From positions 256,001 through 320,000 of the forward strand of contig CAXXMR010000012.1 in assembly GCA_963663805.2 (NCBI GenBank): a DNA stretch of 64,000 nucleotides, written 5' to 3'. A program made the position numbers and the translations under genes. Below are positions 63,603-64,000 of this stretch, in pieces. The notes under the pieces were generated by a model. The model searched no databases. It was given only the letters and a program-made list of their open reading frames with translations, and was not told where the DNA came from. Position 1 is the stretch's first letter. Every line of letters starts with the position of its first letter. Source of the stretch: Sedimentisphaerales bacterium. Lineage in GTDB: Bacteria; Planctomycetota; Phycisphaerae; Sedimentisphaerales; SM23-30.

Positions 63603-64000
63603 GCCCATTTGCAGTCTTTGGTCTTCGACAAAACGATTCTGAGCCTGAACTCTCAGAATCGTTCCTGGTATAACAGCCCATCGGTATCTGGTGCAGAGGC
63701 AGGCTGTTAGAGGATTTGAAAATTTATGTGAGGATAGCTGGCCGCCGATCTGGGTTGGCCGGTTTCGTAGGCGGCCCCGTTTTTTTTGTGACGGTTCCGG
63801 TATTTTTCTCTTGCGTCTGGCTCGTCTGATATGATATTGTGAAATTCGTCACGTCCCCTGGATGTGATTCTTGATATAGCTCTTAAAGCGATAAGCAGGT
63901 TTTGCAGAATTGACCCTGATGCTTGGTGAGTCTATTTGTAAGGAGAAAAAAATATTCTGCCGCGACTGCTCTGGCGGGTAGGCGGTCACGTGGTGCTTCT

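Overview
A 64-kb chromosomal window, most likely from a Planctomycetota genome (Phycisphaerae/Sedimentisphaerales-like). This is an inference from the exosortase/PEP-CTERM system, a dockerin-like secreted protein, a zinc-ribbon SpoVG, FtsK plus PBP2, and a sulfatase. Most of the window is housekeeping or envelope genes: exosortase, Wza-like exporter, PglD-like acetyltransferase, glycosyltransferases, CDF transporter, ftsK-rimO-pgsA, XPB-like helicase plus DUF790, yihY, folP, ppdK, hisF, pilT, PBP2, holA, spoVG-ispE, truD, mtnP, lspA, dksA-like and HU/IHF. An accessory region (about 20.6-33.8 kb) holds two unrelated PEP-CTERM genes behind a shared 150-bp leader interleaved with crcB fragments, a 108-nt hairpin, a large secreted protease/beta-helix/dockerin protein, a tandem IS66 dimer and an IS21. 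The IS21 sits inside an unannotated array of about 21 units with strict 20/21-bp periodicity whose register continues across the IS; this is the most unusual signal found. Many genes carry single-base frameshifts at short homopolymers, which points to long-read assembly error rather than real pseudogenes. No rRNA, tRNA or CRISPR array was recognised.
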